Shown here one piece after another: positions 23,792 through 33,612 of a stretch of DNA of 43,940 nucleotides. The position numbers and the translations under genes were made by a program. The DNA lies in NCBI GenBank assembly GCA_050259015.1, contig JBLMZV010000017.1:1-43940 (forward strand), in the 5' to 3' direction. Positions within the stretch are counted from its first letter, which is position 1. The number at the start of each line of letters is the position of its first letter. The DNA is from Candidatus Saccharimonadota bacterium (GTDB lineage Bacteria; Patescibacteriota; Doudnabacteria; UBA920; O2-02-FULL-48-8). The notes beneath the pieces are model-generated. The model had not been told where the DNA came from. It saw only the letters and a list, made by a program, of their open reading frames with translations, and did not search any database.

Positions 23792-24970
23792 TTAAATCCT
23801 AAGCTTCACGAATTTACGCTTGCCGGCCTGGAGGACCTGCCCGTCTTCCACGTCGATCAAGGCGTTCCACTCCCTGACCGTCTGGTCATTGAGCTTGACC
23901 CCGCCTTGCTGGACCAGGCGTCTGGCCTCGGTCTTGCTTGCGGCCAGTTTGGTTTCCACCAGGAGGTCGATGATATTCTGGGATTTCACCTTAATCTCCG
24001 GCAGGTCGCTTGGCTTGCCTTTTTCCGAAAACACTTTTTCGAATTCCGTTTGGGCCGCGGCCGCGGCCTTGGCGCCATGATAAAGCGTTACTATTTCCCG
24101 CGCCAGCCGTTTCTTATTAAGGTAGGGCTCGGCTGCCAGCAGGGAATTGCCTTTTTTATCCAGGATTTCCGCCATCGGCACCCGGGTCGCGAACACGAAA
24201 TATTTGGTCAGGAGCCCGTCGGAAAGCGACATGACCTTGCCGTACATGTCGTTCGGTTCGTCCGTGATGTTGATTACGTTGCCCCAGGAAGAACTCATCT
24301 TCCTGCCGTCCAGACCTTCCAGAAGCTGCATGGTGATGATGTCCTGCGGTTCCTGCCCATAGAACCGCTGCAGGGCCCGGCCGGCCAGCAGATTGAACCG
24401 TTGGTCCGTGCCGCCGAATTCCACATCCGCCTTGATTGCGACAGAATCGTAACCCTGCATCAGGGGATAGAGGACCTCGCGGAGGCTGACCCTTTTTCCT
24501 GAAGCCATGCGTTTGGCGATGTTCTCCCGCGCGATGAATTCGCCCAGGCCGAACTGGTCGGCCTGCTTGCCAATCTCGAGGTATCTGAGCTTCTTGAGCC
24601 ATTCGGAGTTGTAATGCGATTCCGTCTTATCGAGGTCCAGGATCCTCCCGGCCTGCTTGAGATAGCCCTTGAGGTTTTCCTTGACCTGCTTCTCGGTCAG
24701 CATCGGCCGTTCCGATTCCTTGTCCGAGGTGTCTCCGATAAGGCCCGTGAAGTCGCCGATGATCAGCACTATCTTATGACCCAGTTCCTGAAAAGCCCGC
24801 AGCTTCCAGAGCACCACCGCGCGGCCGATATGAATATTCGGGGAAGTGGGATCGATCCCGAGCTTGAGCCGGAGTTTCTTGCCGCTCTTAAGTTTTTCTT
24901 CCAGGTGTTTGCGGTCGATGACCTCCTCCACGCCGCGGGTCAAAAGTTCGTCGATGTTTGGAATTTTCAT
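23792..24970 (-). CDS. tyrS: tyrosine--tRNA ligase
   Basis: HIGR (HIGH-like) and KMSSS (KMSKS-like) motifs, and a C-terminal S4 domain. Confidence 0.9.
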   Translation of the reverse strand: MKIPNIDELLTRGVEEVIDRKHLEEKLKSGKKLRLKLGIDPTSPNIHIGRAVVLWKLRAFQELGHKIVLIIGDFTGLIGDTSDKESERPMLTEKQVKENLKGYLKQAGRILDLDKTESHYNSEWLKKLRYLEIGKQADQFGLGEFIARENIAKRMASGKRVSLREVLYPLMQGYDSVAIKADVEFGGTDQRFNLLAGRALQRFYGQEPQDIITMQLLEGLDGRKMSSSWGNVINITDEPNDMYGKVMSLSDGLLTKYFVFATRVPMAEILDKKGNSLLAAEPYLNKKRLAREIVTLYHGAKAAAAAQTEFEKVFSEKGKPSDLPEIKVKSQNIIDLLVETKLAASKTEARRLVQQGGVKLNDQTVREWNALIDVEDGQVLQAGKRKFVKLRI

Positions 24971-25036
24971 TAAAGTTTAGTCGGGTTTAAATCGTTTCCA
25001 TTATACCAGTTTTCTGGTACAATTAGTAGGAAATAC

Positions 25037-27610
25037 ATGTCTTATTATTATTCCAATTGGAACCGGAACAACCGTGCGTCTGCGGCTAAAAAATTGCTGC
25101 AGGCTTTGGTTAAACTACCGGGACGTCTCATGCAAATTATCCGCCAAGGGAATTGGCATTTTAGGCCTAAGAAGATTTTAAAGTGGGTGCTGTACCTGGC
25201 TGCTTTTTTCCTGTTGGCGGGCAGCATCGTGTTCGCGGTTGTTTCCTTGAGCCTGCCCGACCCGAACAAACTCATGACGCGGGTTGTCCCGCAGTCCACC
25301 AAAATTTACGCGCGCGACGAAACTACCCTGCTTTACGAAATTCACGGTGAAGCCAAGCGGACGCTGGTGGACCTAAACGACATCCCTGACTACACCAAGG
25401 ATGCCACGATCGCGATCGAAGACAAGGATTTCTACAAGAACCCGGGGTTCTCCTGGCGCGGGATTTTCCGCTCGATATTCACCAACCTGAAACAGGGCGA
25501 TCTCACCGGACAGGGCGGCTCGACCATTACCCAGCAGTTCGTGAAGAACGCGATCCTGACCCGTGAGAAGACCTTCACCCGCAAGATCAAGGAAATAGTA
25601 CTGGCTATCGAGCTTCAGCAACGGTTCTCGAAAAACGACATCCTCAAGATGTACTTAAACGAAATCCCTTACGGCCAGAATGCCTACGGCATCGAAGCGG
25701 CTGCTCAGACTTATTTCGGCAAGCATGCCAAGGACCTGAGCCTTGCGGAATCGGCTTACCTTGCCGCCCTGCCGCAACGGCCGACCTACTATTCTCCGAC
25801 AGGCCCGCATCGCGACAAGCTCGATGACCGGAAAAATGTGGTCTTGGACGAAATGTACCGCCAGGGCTACATCACCATCCAGCAGCGGGATGCCGCGAAG
25901 AACGAGAAGGTGACATTCAGCAAAACCAAGGACTCCATCATCGCCCCGCACTTCGTGATGTACGTGCAGAACCTGCTGGCCGAGAAGTACGGCGAAAAAA
26001 CCCTGGAAGAAGGCGGCCTGAAAGTCATCACCAGCCTCGACTACAAGATGCAGCAGGCCGCGGAACAGGCGGTGGCCGACGGCGTGGCCCGCAACGAGAA
26101 GCGCAACAACGCCAATGACGCGGCCCTTGTGGCAATCGACCCGAAAACCGGGCAGATTTTGGCCATGGTCGGCTCCCCCGACTACTTCAACGAGGACCAC
26201 GACGGCCAGGTCAACGCGGCCTTAAGCGACCTGCAGCCGGGCTCCTCGATCAAGCCCTATGTTTACGCCACCGGTTTCAAGCAGGGCATGTCGCCAGCCA
26301 CCGAAATCGTGGACGTCAAAACCGTGTTCGGCACCTACGGGGGCAAGGAATACGCGCCCAGCAACTACGACGGGCAAAATCACGGCATCCTTTCGATCCG
26401 CAAGGCCTTGGCCGGCTCCCTGAATGTCCCCGCAGTGAAGATCTTGAGCCTGGTCGGGGTGCAGAATGCCATCGACACCATGAAGGATATGGGCATCACC
26501 GCGGATATCTCCTCGGACAAGTGCGGATTATCCCTGGTTTTGGGCGGCTGCGAAATAAGCCTCCTGGACCACACTTCCGCCATGGGAGTGTTCGCCAACA
26601 TGGGCGTGCGCCACGAGAAGACTCCGATACTTAAAGTGACCGACGGCAAAGGCAAGACCCTGGAACAATACCAGGATGACGGGGGACAGGAAGCCATCGA
26701 TCCTCAGGTGGCTTACGAAATCGTGAGCATCATGACGGACAACGACGCGCGGAGCTTCGTCTTCGGCAGCAAATCGCCGCTGATCCTGCCGGACCGGATC
26801 GTCGGCGCGAAAACCGGCACCACCCAATCCTGGAAGGATGGCTGGACTATGGGATACACCCCTTCGCTCGTGGCCGGCGTCTGGACAGGCAACTTCGACG
26901 GTACGCCGATGCGGCAGGGCGCCGACGGCGTGGTGACGGCCGCCCCGATCTGGAACCAGTTCATGAGGGAAGCTCTCAAGGGCACGGCCCCGGAACAATT
27001 CCTGGAACCGACCGGAATCCAGCATATCTACGTGGATTCGGTTTCGGGCAAGCTGCCAACGGAATACACGCCGCAGACCAAATCGGAAGTGTTCGCCAGT
27101 TTCGCCATCCCCAAGGATTTCGACGATGTACACGTGCCGGTTCAGATCAACAAGCTGAACGGCAAGCGGGCCACGGACCAGACCCCGCCGGACCTGGTCG
27201 AAACCCGGGTCTACACGGTGATTCATTCGGAAAAACCGGACCAGCCTAACTGGGAAATCCCGGTCCAGAATTGGGCGCGGGCGGCCGGGTACTCGTACCC
27301 GCCGACCGAATTGGATGACGGCTCGATGTCCCAGCCATCCGGGAATACCCAGGTGCAATTCATTTCACCCTCAAACAACCAGGAAATCAAATCGGTTCCC
27401 TTCAACGCCCAAGTAAGCGTCACCGGCCAGACCCCACAGTCCGTGGAAATGTACCTGGAAGGCGAATATCAGGGGTCGAAGAGTCAGGCGCCTTACACCT
27501 TCAGCCTCGATCCCAACAAGAAAGGCTGGCAGACGGTGATGGTCATCGTCCGGCTTCCGAACGGAGATTCGATCCAAAACAGCTTGCGCGTCAACGTTAA
27601 CCCAAACTAA
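25037..27610 (+). CDS. penicillin-binding protein 1A family (bifunctional transglycosylase/transpeptidase)
   Basis: GT51 motifs EDKDFYKNPGF and GGSTITQQ, and transpeptidase motifs SSIKP and KTGTT. Confidence 0.9.
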   Translation: MSYYYSNWNRNNRASAAKKLLQALVKLPGRLMQIIRQGNWHFRPKKILKWVLYLAAFFLLAGSIVFAVVSLSLPDPNKLMTRVVPQSTKIYARDETTLLYEIHGEAKRTLVDLNDIPDYTKDATIAIEDKDFYKNPGFSWRGIFRSIFTNLKQGDLTGQGGSTITQQFVKNAILTREKTFTRKIKEIVLAIELQQRFSKNDILKMYLNEIPYGQNAYGIEAAAQTYFGKHAKDLSLAESAYLAALPQRPTYYSPTGPHRDKLDDRKNVVLDEMYRQGYITIQQRDAAKNEKVTFSKTKDSIIAPHFVMYVQNLLAEKYGEKTLEEGGLKVITSLDYKMQQAAEQAVADGVARNEKRNNANDAALVAIDPKTGQILAMVGSPDYFNEDHDGQVNAALSDLQPGSSIKPYVYATGFKQGMSPATEIVDVKTVFGTYGGKEYAPSNYDGQNHGILSIRKALAGSLNVPAVKILSLVGVQNAIDTMKDMGITADISSDKCGLSLVLGGCEISLLDHTSAMGVFANMGVRHEKTPILKVTDGKGKTLEQYQDDGGQEAIDPQVAYEIVSIMTDNDARSFVFGSKSPLILPDRIVGAKTGTTQSWKDGWTMGYTPSLVAGVWTGNFDGTPMRQGADGVVTAAPIWNQFMREALKGTAPEQFLEPTGIQHIYVDSVSGKLPTEYTPQTKSEVFASFAIPKDFDDVHVPVQINKLNGKRATDQTPPDLVETRVYTVIHSEKPDQPNWEIPVQNWARAAGYSYPPTELDDGSMSQPSGNTQVQFISPSNNQEIKSVPFNAQVSVTGQTPQSVEMYLEGEYQGSKSQAPYTFSLDPNKKGWQTVMVIVRLPNGDSIQNSLRVNVNPN

Positions 27611-27613
27611 GCG

Positions 27614-28810
27614 ATGCTATACCTTGTCGCGGGGGGAGTGCTTGCATATTTCATCTTGGCGCTTAAGAAGCCGGTTCCGGCCGCAGGGTTGCTCCTGGGG
27701 CTGGCGCCGGCTTATTTAGTCCGCCTCCGGATATTCGGGATTCCGACCACCCTTTTGGAACTGCTGCTTCTGGCTTTCATTCTGGCGGTCGTCCTGACGA
27801 GCTCCAAAGGCCGCTACAGCCGTTTGTTTAGGAAACTCAGGCCGGTTTCCCTTCCCCTTGTCCTGTTTGTCCTGGCCGCGATAATTTCAACTGCGCTCTC
27901 TCCTGAAAAATCCAAGGCCGTGGGCGAACTGAAGGCTTTTTTTGTCGAACCGATATTGTTGTTCGGGGCGTTCCTGATGGTCCTGGAAAATAAGGAGCAA
28001 GTTAGGCAGCTGCTGAAGTGGCTGTTCGGAGCGGCAATCGCCGTTTCCGTCTTCGGCATCGCTCAATACTTTACCGGTTTTCTTTTGCCCATACGGTTTT
28101 GGGGATACGGCCTGGAACCGCGCCGCATCAGCTCTTTCTTCGACTACCCTAACGCGTTGGCCCTTTATTTGGCCCCGCTGGCTGCGCTATATCTGCACCT
28201 GCTTCTCGAAAAAATCTTCAGGCCGGGCGCCTGGTTCGGCTGGAGCCTGATGGTTGTCGCCTTGGGGCTGACATTTTCCCGCGGGGGATGGCTCGGGCTT
28301 GCGGGTGCCGCCTTCGTCGTGCTTGCGCTCAAGTTCTCGTTTAAGCGAACCGTCCTCGTAGCCGGATGCTTGCTGGCGCTGCTTTTGATTTCGCCCCTAA
28401 CCCGCGTCCGGATATTCTCCGCGTTCCAGGATCCGTCCTCCCTGGCCCACCAGGAACTGCTGTCGGCCGGTTGGCAGGAAGTGAAGTCCTCTCCGATTCT
28501 GGGAAACGGTCTCTATGGCTTCCGCACGACGCTTGCCCAAGCCAATTTCACGGGTGAGATCCTAAACTATCCCCACGATATCTTTCTCAATTTCTGGCTG
28601 GAAACCGGGCTCTTGGGCCTGCTGTCTTTTGTCGCCGTAAGCCTCATGGCGGTTTTTTTGGCCATCAGAAAACCCACCGTATTCCGGTGGGCGGCGGTTG
28701 CGTATCTGATCGCTTTATGGCTGCATGGCCTGGTGGACGTTCCTTATTTCAAGAATGACCTGTCTGTCCTGTTCTGGTTCGTAATAGCGCTATCTCTGTC
28801 GGACGACTAA
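27614..28810 (+). CDS. O-antigen ligase / Wzy-family membrane protein (second copy)
   Basis: FSRGGWLGLAGAAF, YPHDIFLNFWLETGLLG, and multiple TM segments. Confidence 0.8.
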   Translation: MLYLVAGGVLAYFILALKKPVPAAGLLLGLAPAYLVRLRIFGIPTTLLELLLLAFILAVVLTSSKGRYSRLFRKLRPVSLPLVLFVLAAIISTALSPEKSKAVGELKAFFVEPILLFGAFLMVLENKEQVRQLLKWLFGAAIAVSVFGIAQYFTGFLLPIRFWGYGLEPRRISSFFDYPNALALYLAPLAALYLHLLLEKIFRPGAWFGWSLMVVALGLTFSRGGWLGLAGAAFVVLALKFSFKRTVLVAGCLLALLLISPLTRVRIFSAFQDPSSLAHQELLSAGWQEVKSSPILGNGLYGFRTTLAQANFTGEILNYPHDIFLNFWLETGLLGLLSFVAVSLMAVFLAIRKPTVFRWAAVAYLIALWLHGLVDVPYFKNDLSVLFWFVIALSLSDD

Positions 28811-28813
28811 GTT

Positions 28814-29320
28814 CTAAGAGTTCTCGATGAACGTGAAAGGTTCGTCGGCCTTCGAGGCCTTCGAGCCTTTATTTTTTACCACGATCCTGCGGTTAGGATC
28901 TTTTCCGGTGCTTTCGGATGACAAATCCGAATACAGGGAAAGGTAATTATGGATAATCCTTCTTTCGTAGGCCGGCATGGGCGAAAGGCTTACGCTCTGC
29001 CCCGATTCCCTGACCTGGTGCGCGGCCTTCCTGGCCAGCTCCTTAAGATAGATAACCCGCTTGTCGCGGTAATCATCGATGTCGATGCCGAAGGAAAATT
29101 TTTCATCCACCAAAGCCTTGCGGGCGAACAGGCGGACGATATGCTGCAGGGACTCGAGCGTGGCGCCCTGCTTGCCGATCAGAAGCTGGGCGTCTTTGCA
29201 GCGGACATTGAAGACCACCCGGCCTTCCTCAGCCCGCTCATGAATCTCGGTTTCGAATCCCATCTTCCCCAAAAGCTCCGCGATCAGGGCCTTCAATTTT
29301 TCGTTATTATTTGAGTCCAT
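28814..29320 (-). CDS. jag: Jag/KhpB-like RNA-binding protein (KH and R3H domains)
   Basis: R3H motif ERRIIHNYLS, and synteny with yidC. Confidence 0.8.
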   Translation of the reverse strand: MDSNNNEKLKALIAELLGKMGFETEIHERAEEGRVVFNVRCKDAQLLIGKQGATLESLQHIVRLFARKALVDEKFSFGIDIDDYRDKRVIYLKELARKAAHQVRESGQSVSLSPMPAYERRIIHNYLSLYSDLSSESTGKDPNRRIVVKNKGSKASKADEPFTFIENS

Positions 29321-30005
29321 ACTTCACCTCCCGTTCATCTGACTTTAATAGATAGTATTGCTGCGCGATGCCGAACAGGGTGGTCACGATCCAATAAAGC
29401 GTCAGCCCTGCCGGGAACTTGATGCCTAAGAATACCGTCAGCAGCGGAAACATGTAAAGGGTCTGGACCTGGAGCATCTTCGCGGTCGGATCCTTTGACG
29501 CGGTCTTGGGCAGCTGCAACCGGCCCTGCAGGTATTGCAGCAAACCGGCGATCACGCCCATGTAGACATTGGGGTGGGAGAGGTTCAGCCAGTGCAGGAA
29601 CATCGGGTCGATCTGGGCGGGGTGGGGGACGAAACTGTAAAGCCCCGCTAAAGCCTTGCCGTTGAGGCTCCGGATAAACACCTGGTATAAGGCGATCAGG
29701 ATCGGCAGTTGAATCAACAGCGGAAGACAGGAGCTTAGGGGGTTGATCTTGTGGGTCTGATAAAGTTCCATCAAAGCCTTAGCCTGCTGTTCCTTATCGT
29801 CTTTATGCTTTTCCTTGATGGCGTCCATCTTGGGCTGCAGCTCGGTCAGAGCCTTCTGATGCCTTAAAGACTTCTGAAAGGAGGGTAAAAGCAGCAGACG
29901 GATGATTACCGTCAGGATGATTATGACCAGGCCGATGTCCGGGATATAGTGGTAAAAAAACACCAACAGGTTGAGGAGGGGATAGACTAAGATCGTGTTA
30001 AACAT
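29307..30005 (-). CDS. yidC: membrane protein insertase YidC
   Basis: Short YidC/Oxa1 core (LLPSFQKSLRHQKA...INPLSSCLPLLIQLPI). Confidence 0.9.
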   Translation of the reverse strand: MFNTILVYPLLNLLVFFYHYIPDIGLVIIILTVIIRLLLLPSFQKSLRHQKALTELQPKMDAIKEKHKDDKEQQAKALMELYQTHKINPLSSCLPLLIQLPILIALYQVFIRSLNGKALAGLYSFVPHPAQIDPMFLHWLNLSHPNVYMGVIAGLLQYLQGRLQLPKTASKDPTAKMLQVQTLYMFPLLTVFLGIKFPAGLTLYWIVTTLFGIAQQYYLLKSDEREVKYGLK

Positions 30006-30008
30006 ATT

Positions 30009-30266
30009 TTATGGCAAATCGATTCCGCCCAGGCTATTGGGGGTGCAGGCAAGCACCCGCTTAATGATCTTGGGGAGCCCGATCAGGCCCTGGGCTTTAA
30101 GCACACTTGAAGCATATACCGAACAGGTTGGATAGAATTTGCAATAGCCGTAAGGGAATAGAAACCTTAGCGGTCCGTGATCCAAAGATAAGGTGTGCCG
30201 GTAGATCCAAAGCAGGAAAATAAGGGGGAGAGCCGCGATTTTATTGAGGAATTTTAACGTTTCCAT
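30009..30266 (-). CDS. yidD: membrane protein insertion efficiency factor YidD
   Basis: CKFYPTCSVYA motif. Confidence 0.9.
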   Translation of the reverse strand: METLKFLNKIAALPLIFLLWIYRHTLSLDHGPLRFLFPYGYCKFYPTCSVYASSVLKAQGLIGLPKIIKRVLACTPNSLGGIDLP

Positions 30267-30592
30267 AGGTTGGCCTTCCCGCTTAGGGTCAAGAATTCCC
30301 GTTCCAGATCAGGGAATCTCAAGAAAAGAGCTTTTTTCCCTGGAAAAACCAATAAATCAAGGGGCTTGAGCTGCTGCTGGTGCTTAAGAAACAGGGTTTT
30401 TAGCCTGCGTTTGATCTTGTTGCGGTCGACCACCTTGGGGAAGACCTTTTTGGGGACAATAAAACCAAAACGAGGCTTGTTTTGGTTAGTATTTACGGCA
30501 ATCCGAAGCTTCAAGGCAGTGGTATAGAACGGCCGACTGCCTTGAAACCGGCTAAAATCTTGGGAATTTTTAAGTAATACTAACTTATTCAT
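30254..30592 (-). CDS. rnpA: ribonuclease P protein component
   Basis: Basic 112-aa protein (RFGFIVPKKVFPKVVDRNKIKRRLK), in rpmH-rnpA synteny. Confidence 0.85.
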   Translation of the reverse strand: MNKLVLLKNSQDFSRFQGSRPFYTTALKLRIAVNTNQNKPRFGFIVPKKVFPKVVDRNKIKRRLKTLFLKHQQQLKPLDLLVFPGKKALFLRFPDLEREFLTLSGKANLWKR

Positions 30593-30597
30593 ACGGT

Positions 30598-30732
30598 CTA
30601 AACCGTAAGACGCTTGCGGCTCTTCTGCCTCCGCCTTGCCAAAACCGCTCGACCGGTCCGGGTCTTCATCCTGGTCCGGAAACCATGAACGCGCTTCCGG
30701 TGGACCTTCTTGGGATTATAGGAGGGTTTCAT
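30598..30732 (-). CDS. rpmH: 50S ribosomal protein L34 (44 aa, below the ORF-track cutoff)
   Basis: Own translation: [53 protein letters not shown]. Confidence 0.9.
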   Translation of the reverse strand: MKPSYNPKKVHRKRVHGFRTRMKTRTGRAVLARRRQKSRKRLTV

Positions 30733-30763
30733 GTAGCTCCTTAATGAATTATTTTACTCCGAT

Positions 30764-30792
30764 ATTATACTGGATTGTGCCGCTTTTGTCAC
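30764..30792 (-). promoter_or_regulatory. rpmH operon promoter (GTGACA-17-TATAAT)
   Basis: Hexamers read on the minus strand. Confidence 0.55.
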
Positions 30793-30885
30793 CAGTTTCC
30801 GGGTGTGTACACCCTATGCACCAGCATTCCACAGGATATTAACATTGACCCAATTTTTTGGCTTATATTAGCCAAAAAACCAGTA

Positions 30886-30914
30886 TTTACATGTTGATAA
30901 CTTACTGATAAAAT
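30886..30914 (+). promoter_or_regulatory. dnaA promoter (TTTACA-17-TAAAAT) with a DnaA-box-like TGTTGATAA in the spacer
   Basis: The box at 30892-30900 matches TGTGGATAA at 8 of 9 positions. Confidence 0.55.
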
Positions 30915-30943
30915 GGTTAGGACTTAATTTTTCTGCAAAACTA

Positions 30944-32278
30944 ATGACAAACCAACAGCTTTGGCAAGCGATCCTCGGAAACCTGGAACTGACTTTAAGC
31001 AAGGCAAACTTTACGACGTGGTTTAAAAACACCTCGATTATCGAGAAAAGTGACATAGGGATCGTGATCGGCGTACCGAACGCCTTCACCAAAGAGTGGT
31101 TGCAGAATAAATATCACCAGGAAATCCTCAAGGCGCTCAAGACCATCGCCCCTGAAATCAAAGAGTTAAAATACCAGATCGTAAGCCCGGCCTTTACCCC
31201 CTCCACCCCGGTAATCAAGGAAATGGCCCGGATACAGCCCAAAAAGCAGGAAAACCAGAACCTAAACCCCAAATATACCTTCGAAACCTTCATTGTAGGG
31301 TCACATAACCAACTGGCCCACGCAGCCAGCCAGGCAGTCAGCAAGAAACCCGGGCAAATCTACAACCCGTTGTTTATTTACGGGGGAGTCGGACTCGGCA
31401 AGACCCATCTCATGCAGGCCGTGGGCACCGAAGTCCTAAAAAGGAATCCGGAAGCCAAGATTTTATACGTCACATCCGAGCGCTTTACCAACGAATTCGT
31501 CCAGGCCCTGTCTCAGGGGAAGGCGGATTCTTTCAAATCCATTTACCGCAATGTGGATGTCCTGTTGGTGGACGATATCCAGTTCCTGGCCGGGCGGGAA
31601 GGGACCCAGGAAGAATTTTTCCATACTTTTAACGCCCTCCACCAGAACAATAAACAGGTGGTCATGACTTCCGACCGCCTGCCCAAGGAAATCCCGGCCA
31701 TCGAAGAACGCCTGGTTTCCCGGTTCGAATGGGGGATGATCGCGGATATCCAACCGCCGGATTTGGAAACCCGGTTGGCGATTTTACGCACCAAAGCCAA
31801 GGAAAAGAATTACAACATCGAGCCGGAAATACTCACTTACATCGCGGAAACCATCCAAAGCAACATCCGGGAATTGGAGGGGGCCTTAAACCGGCTGATG
31901 GTCTACTGCCAGCTCAATAACACCAAACCCACAATAGATCAGGTAAAAAGTATTTTGGTAAACGTGATAACTCCGCCGAAAAAACGGGGTGTCAGCGCCA
32001 AAAAGATCATTGAGGTGGTTTCCGATTTTTACAACGTTTTGCCGGAAGATCTGCTGAAACAGTCAAGAAAGAAGGAGTACGTCAACCCCAGACAGATTGC
32101 TATGTACATTATCCGAAAGGAGTTGGAAACATCCCTGCCTTCCATTGGGGAATTCTTCGGCGGTCGCGACCACACCACGGTAATCCACGCGATCGACAAG
32201 ATTGAACGCTGTATCAAGGAACGTAGCGGCCTCAAGCAGGAGATTGAGTTGATCAAAGAACGTTTGTACCTGCGTTAG
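30944..32278 (+). CDS. dnaA: chromosomal replication initiator protein DnaA
   Basis: GGVGLGKTHL Walker A, LLVDDIQF, C-terminal DNA-binding domain (GGRDHTTVIHA). Confidence 0.95.
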   Translation: MTNQQLWQAILGNLELTLSKANFTTWFKNTSIIEKSDIGIVIGVPNAFTKEWLQNKYHQEILKALKTIAPEIKELKYQIVSPAFTPSTPVIKEMARIQPKKQENQNLNPKYTFETFIVGSHNQLAHAASQAVSKKPGQIYNPLFIYGGVGLGKTHLMQAVGTEVLKRNPEAKILYVTSERFTNEFVQALSQGKADSFKSIYRNVDVLLVDDIQFLAGREGTQEEFFHTFNALHQNNKQVVMTSDRLPKEIPAIEERLVSRFEWGMIADIQPPDLETRLAILRTKAKEKNYNIEPEILTYIAETIQSNIRELEGALNRLMVYCQLNNTKPTIDQVKSILVNVITPPKKRGVSAKKIIEVVSDFYNVLPEDLLKQSRKKEYVNPRQIAMYIIRKELETSLPSIGEFFGGRDHTTVIHAIDKIERCIKERSGLKQEIELIKERLYLR

Positions 32279-32507
32279 TTGTTGGTAAGCTGTAGAGGAC
32301 ATCTTAAACAACTGTTCAGAACAGACGATAAAAAAATCGAATTAAAAAAATCTCTCCGATTATCAAAACCTTACCCACACCTTACATACAACTTATGGTT
32401 AAAGAGATTAGTGCAAATTAAACCAAAACCCCAGACAAACCAAACTAAAATAAACAAAGTACACAAATCCCCAACTTCTATTATCATTATCTTCTTTATA
32501 TACTTGT
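32279..32507. other. AT-rich dnaA-dnaN intergenic region: oriC candidate
   Basis: About 30% GC. TTACCCACA at 32372-32380 (8/9 to the DnaA box), TTATCAAAA at 32361-32369, and A/T tracts. Confidence 0.5.
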
Positions 32508-33605
32508 ATGAAGTTAATATGCACTAAGGACAACTTGAGAAAAGGTTTGTTTGCGGTTAGTCGGGTTGTGGGAGTGGGGAACCCTTTGCAGGTCCTGAAT
32601 AATATTTTAGTTAAGACGGATCAGGGAAGGATTAAGCTTTCTTCCACCAATCTGGAAATTGGAGTGAATACATGGGTGGGTGGAAAAATCGAAGAAGAAG
32701 GCGCTTTGACCATCCCCGCCAAACTGATTAACGAGTATATAAACAACCTCCCGACGGATAAGGTGGTTTTGGAAACCAAAGAAAACACCTTGATGGTGGA
32801 ATCGGACAACTACCACACGAATATCAAAGGGTTGTCGTCCGAAGATTTCCCTTTAATCCCCCAGGTTTCCGATGAACCATACGCTAAAATCGACTCAGTT
32901 GAGTTGATTGGCGCTTTTTCTGAAACTATTTGGGCTACTGCCCAGAACGAAACCCAACCTGAACTTTCCGGGGTATTCCTGGGATTTGATGAGGATAAGC
33001 TTAGGGTGGCGGCAACCGACCGGTACCGTTTGGCTGAACGGCAAGCCCTGCTTAAGGAACCAGTAAGACAGCCGCGGGAAGTGATTGTGCCTTACCGGAC
33101 CGTGAGCGAACTTTATAAGATCATGTCCGGCAGCCGGGGCGAAGTGGAAATATATTTTTCGGAGAGCCAGGTATTGTTCAAGTTCGATGAAACCGAATTG
33201 ATTTCCCGGCTGATCGACGGCCAATACCCGCCCTACCAGGAAATCATACCCAAGGAATTCAAAAGCGAGGCGGTTCTGTCCCGCGAGGAGCTGATTCACG
33301 CCTTGAAGGCGACGGCCCTGTTTGCGCCTGACTCCAACAACATCCAGCTGGAAATTAAGGAAGGTGATGGGGTGGTGGTTGCGGCCTCTTCCGTTTCAGC
33401 CGGCGAAAATACCACCAAAGTGGCGGCTAAGATTACCGGCGAACCCAACTCCGCAATCTTCAATTACCGCTATCTGCTGGATTGCCTGAACAACCTGAAG
33501 GAGCCGGAGGTTACGGTAAAGATGATTTCCGATGTTTCTCCGGCGATGGTGGTGCCGCAGGGCCGGGACAACTATCTGTATATAGTGATGCCGATCAAAA
33601 TATAG
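32508..33605 (+). CDS. dnaN: DNA polymerase III subunit beta
   Basis: 365 aa, three-domain sliding-clamp pattern, downstream of dnaA. Confidence 0.9.
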   Translation: MKLICTKDNLRKGLFAVSRVVGVGNPLQVLNNILVKTDQGRIKLSSTNLEIGVNTWVGGKIEEEGALTIPAKLINEYINNLPTDKVVLETKENTLMVESDNYHTNIKGLSSEDFPLIPQVSDEPYAKIDSVELIGAFSETIWATAQNETQPELSGVFLGFDEDKLRVAATDRYRLAERQALLKEPVRQPREVIVPYRTVSELYKIMSGSRGEVEIYFSESQVLFKFDETELISRLIDGQYPPYQEIIPKEFKSEAVLSREELIHALKATALFAPDSNNIQLEIKEGDGVVVAASSVSAGENTTKVAAKITGEPNSAIFNYRYLLDCLNNLKEPEVTVKMISDVSPAMVVPQGRDNYLYIVMPIKI

Positions 33606-33612
33606 AAAAGTC

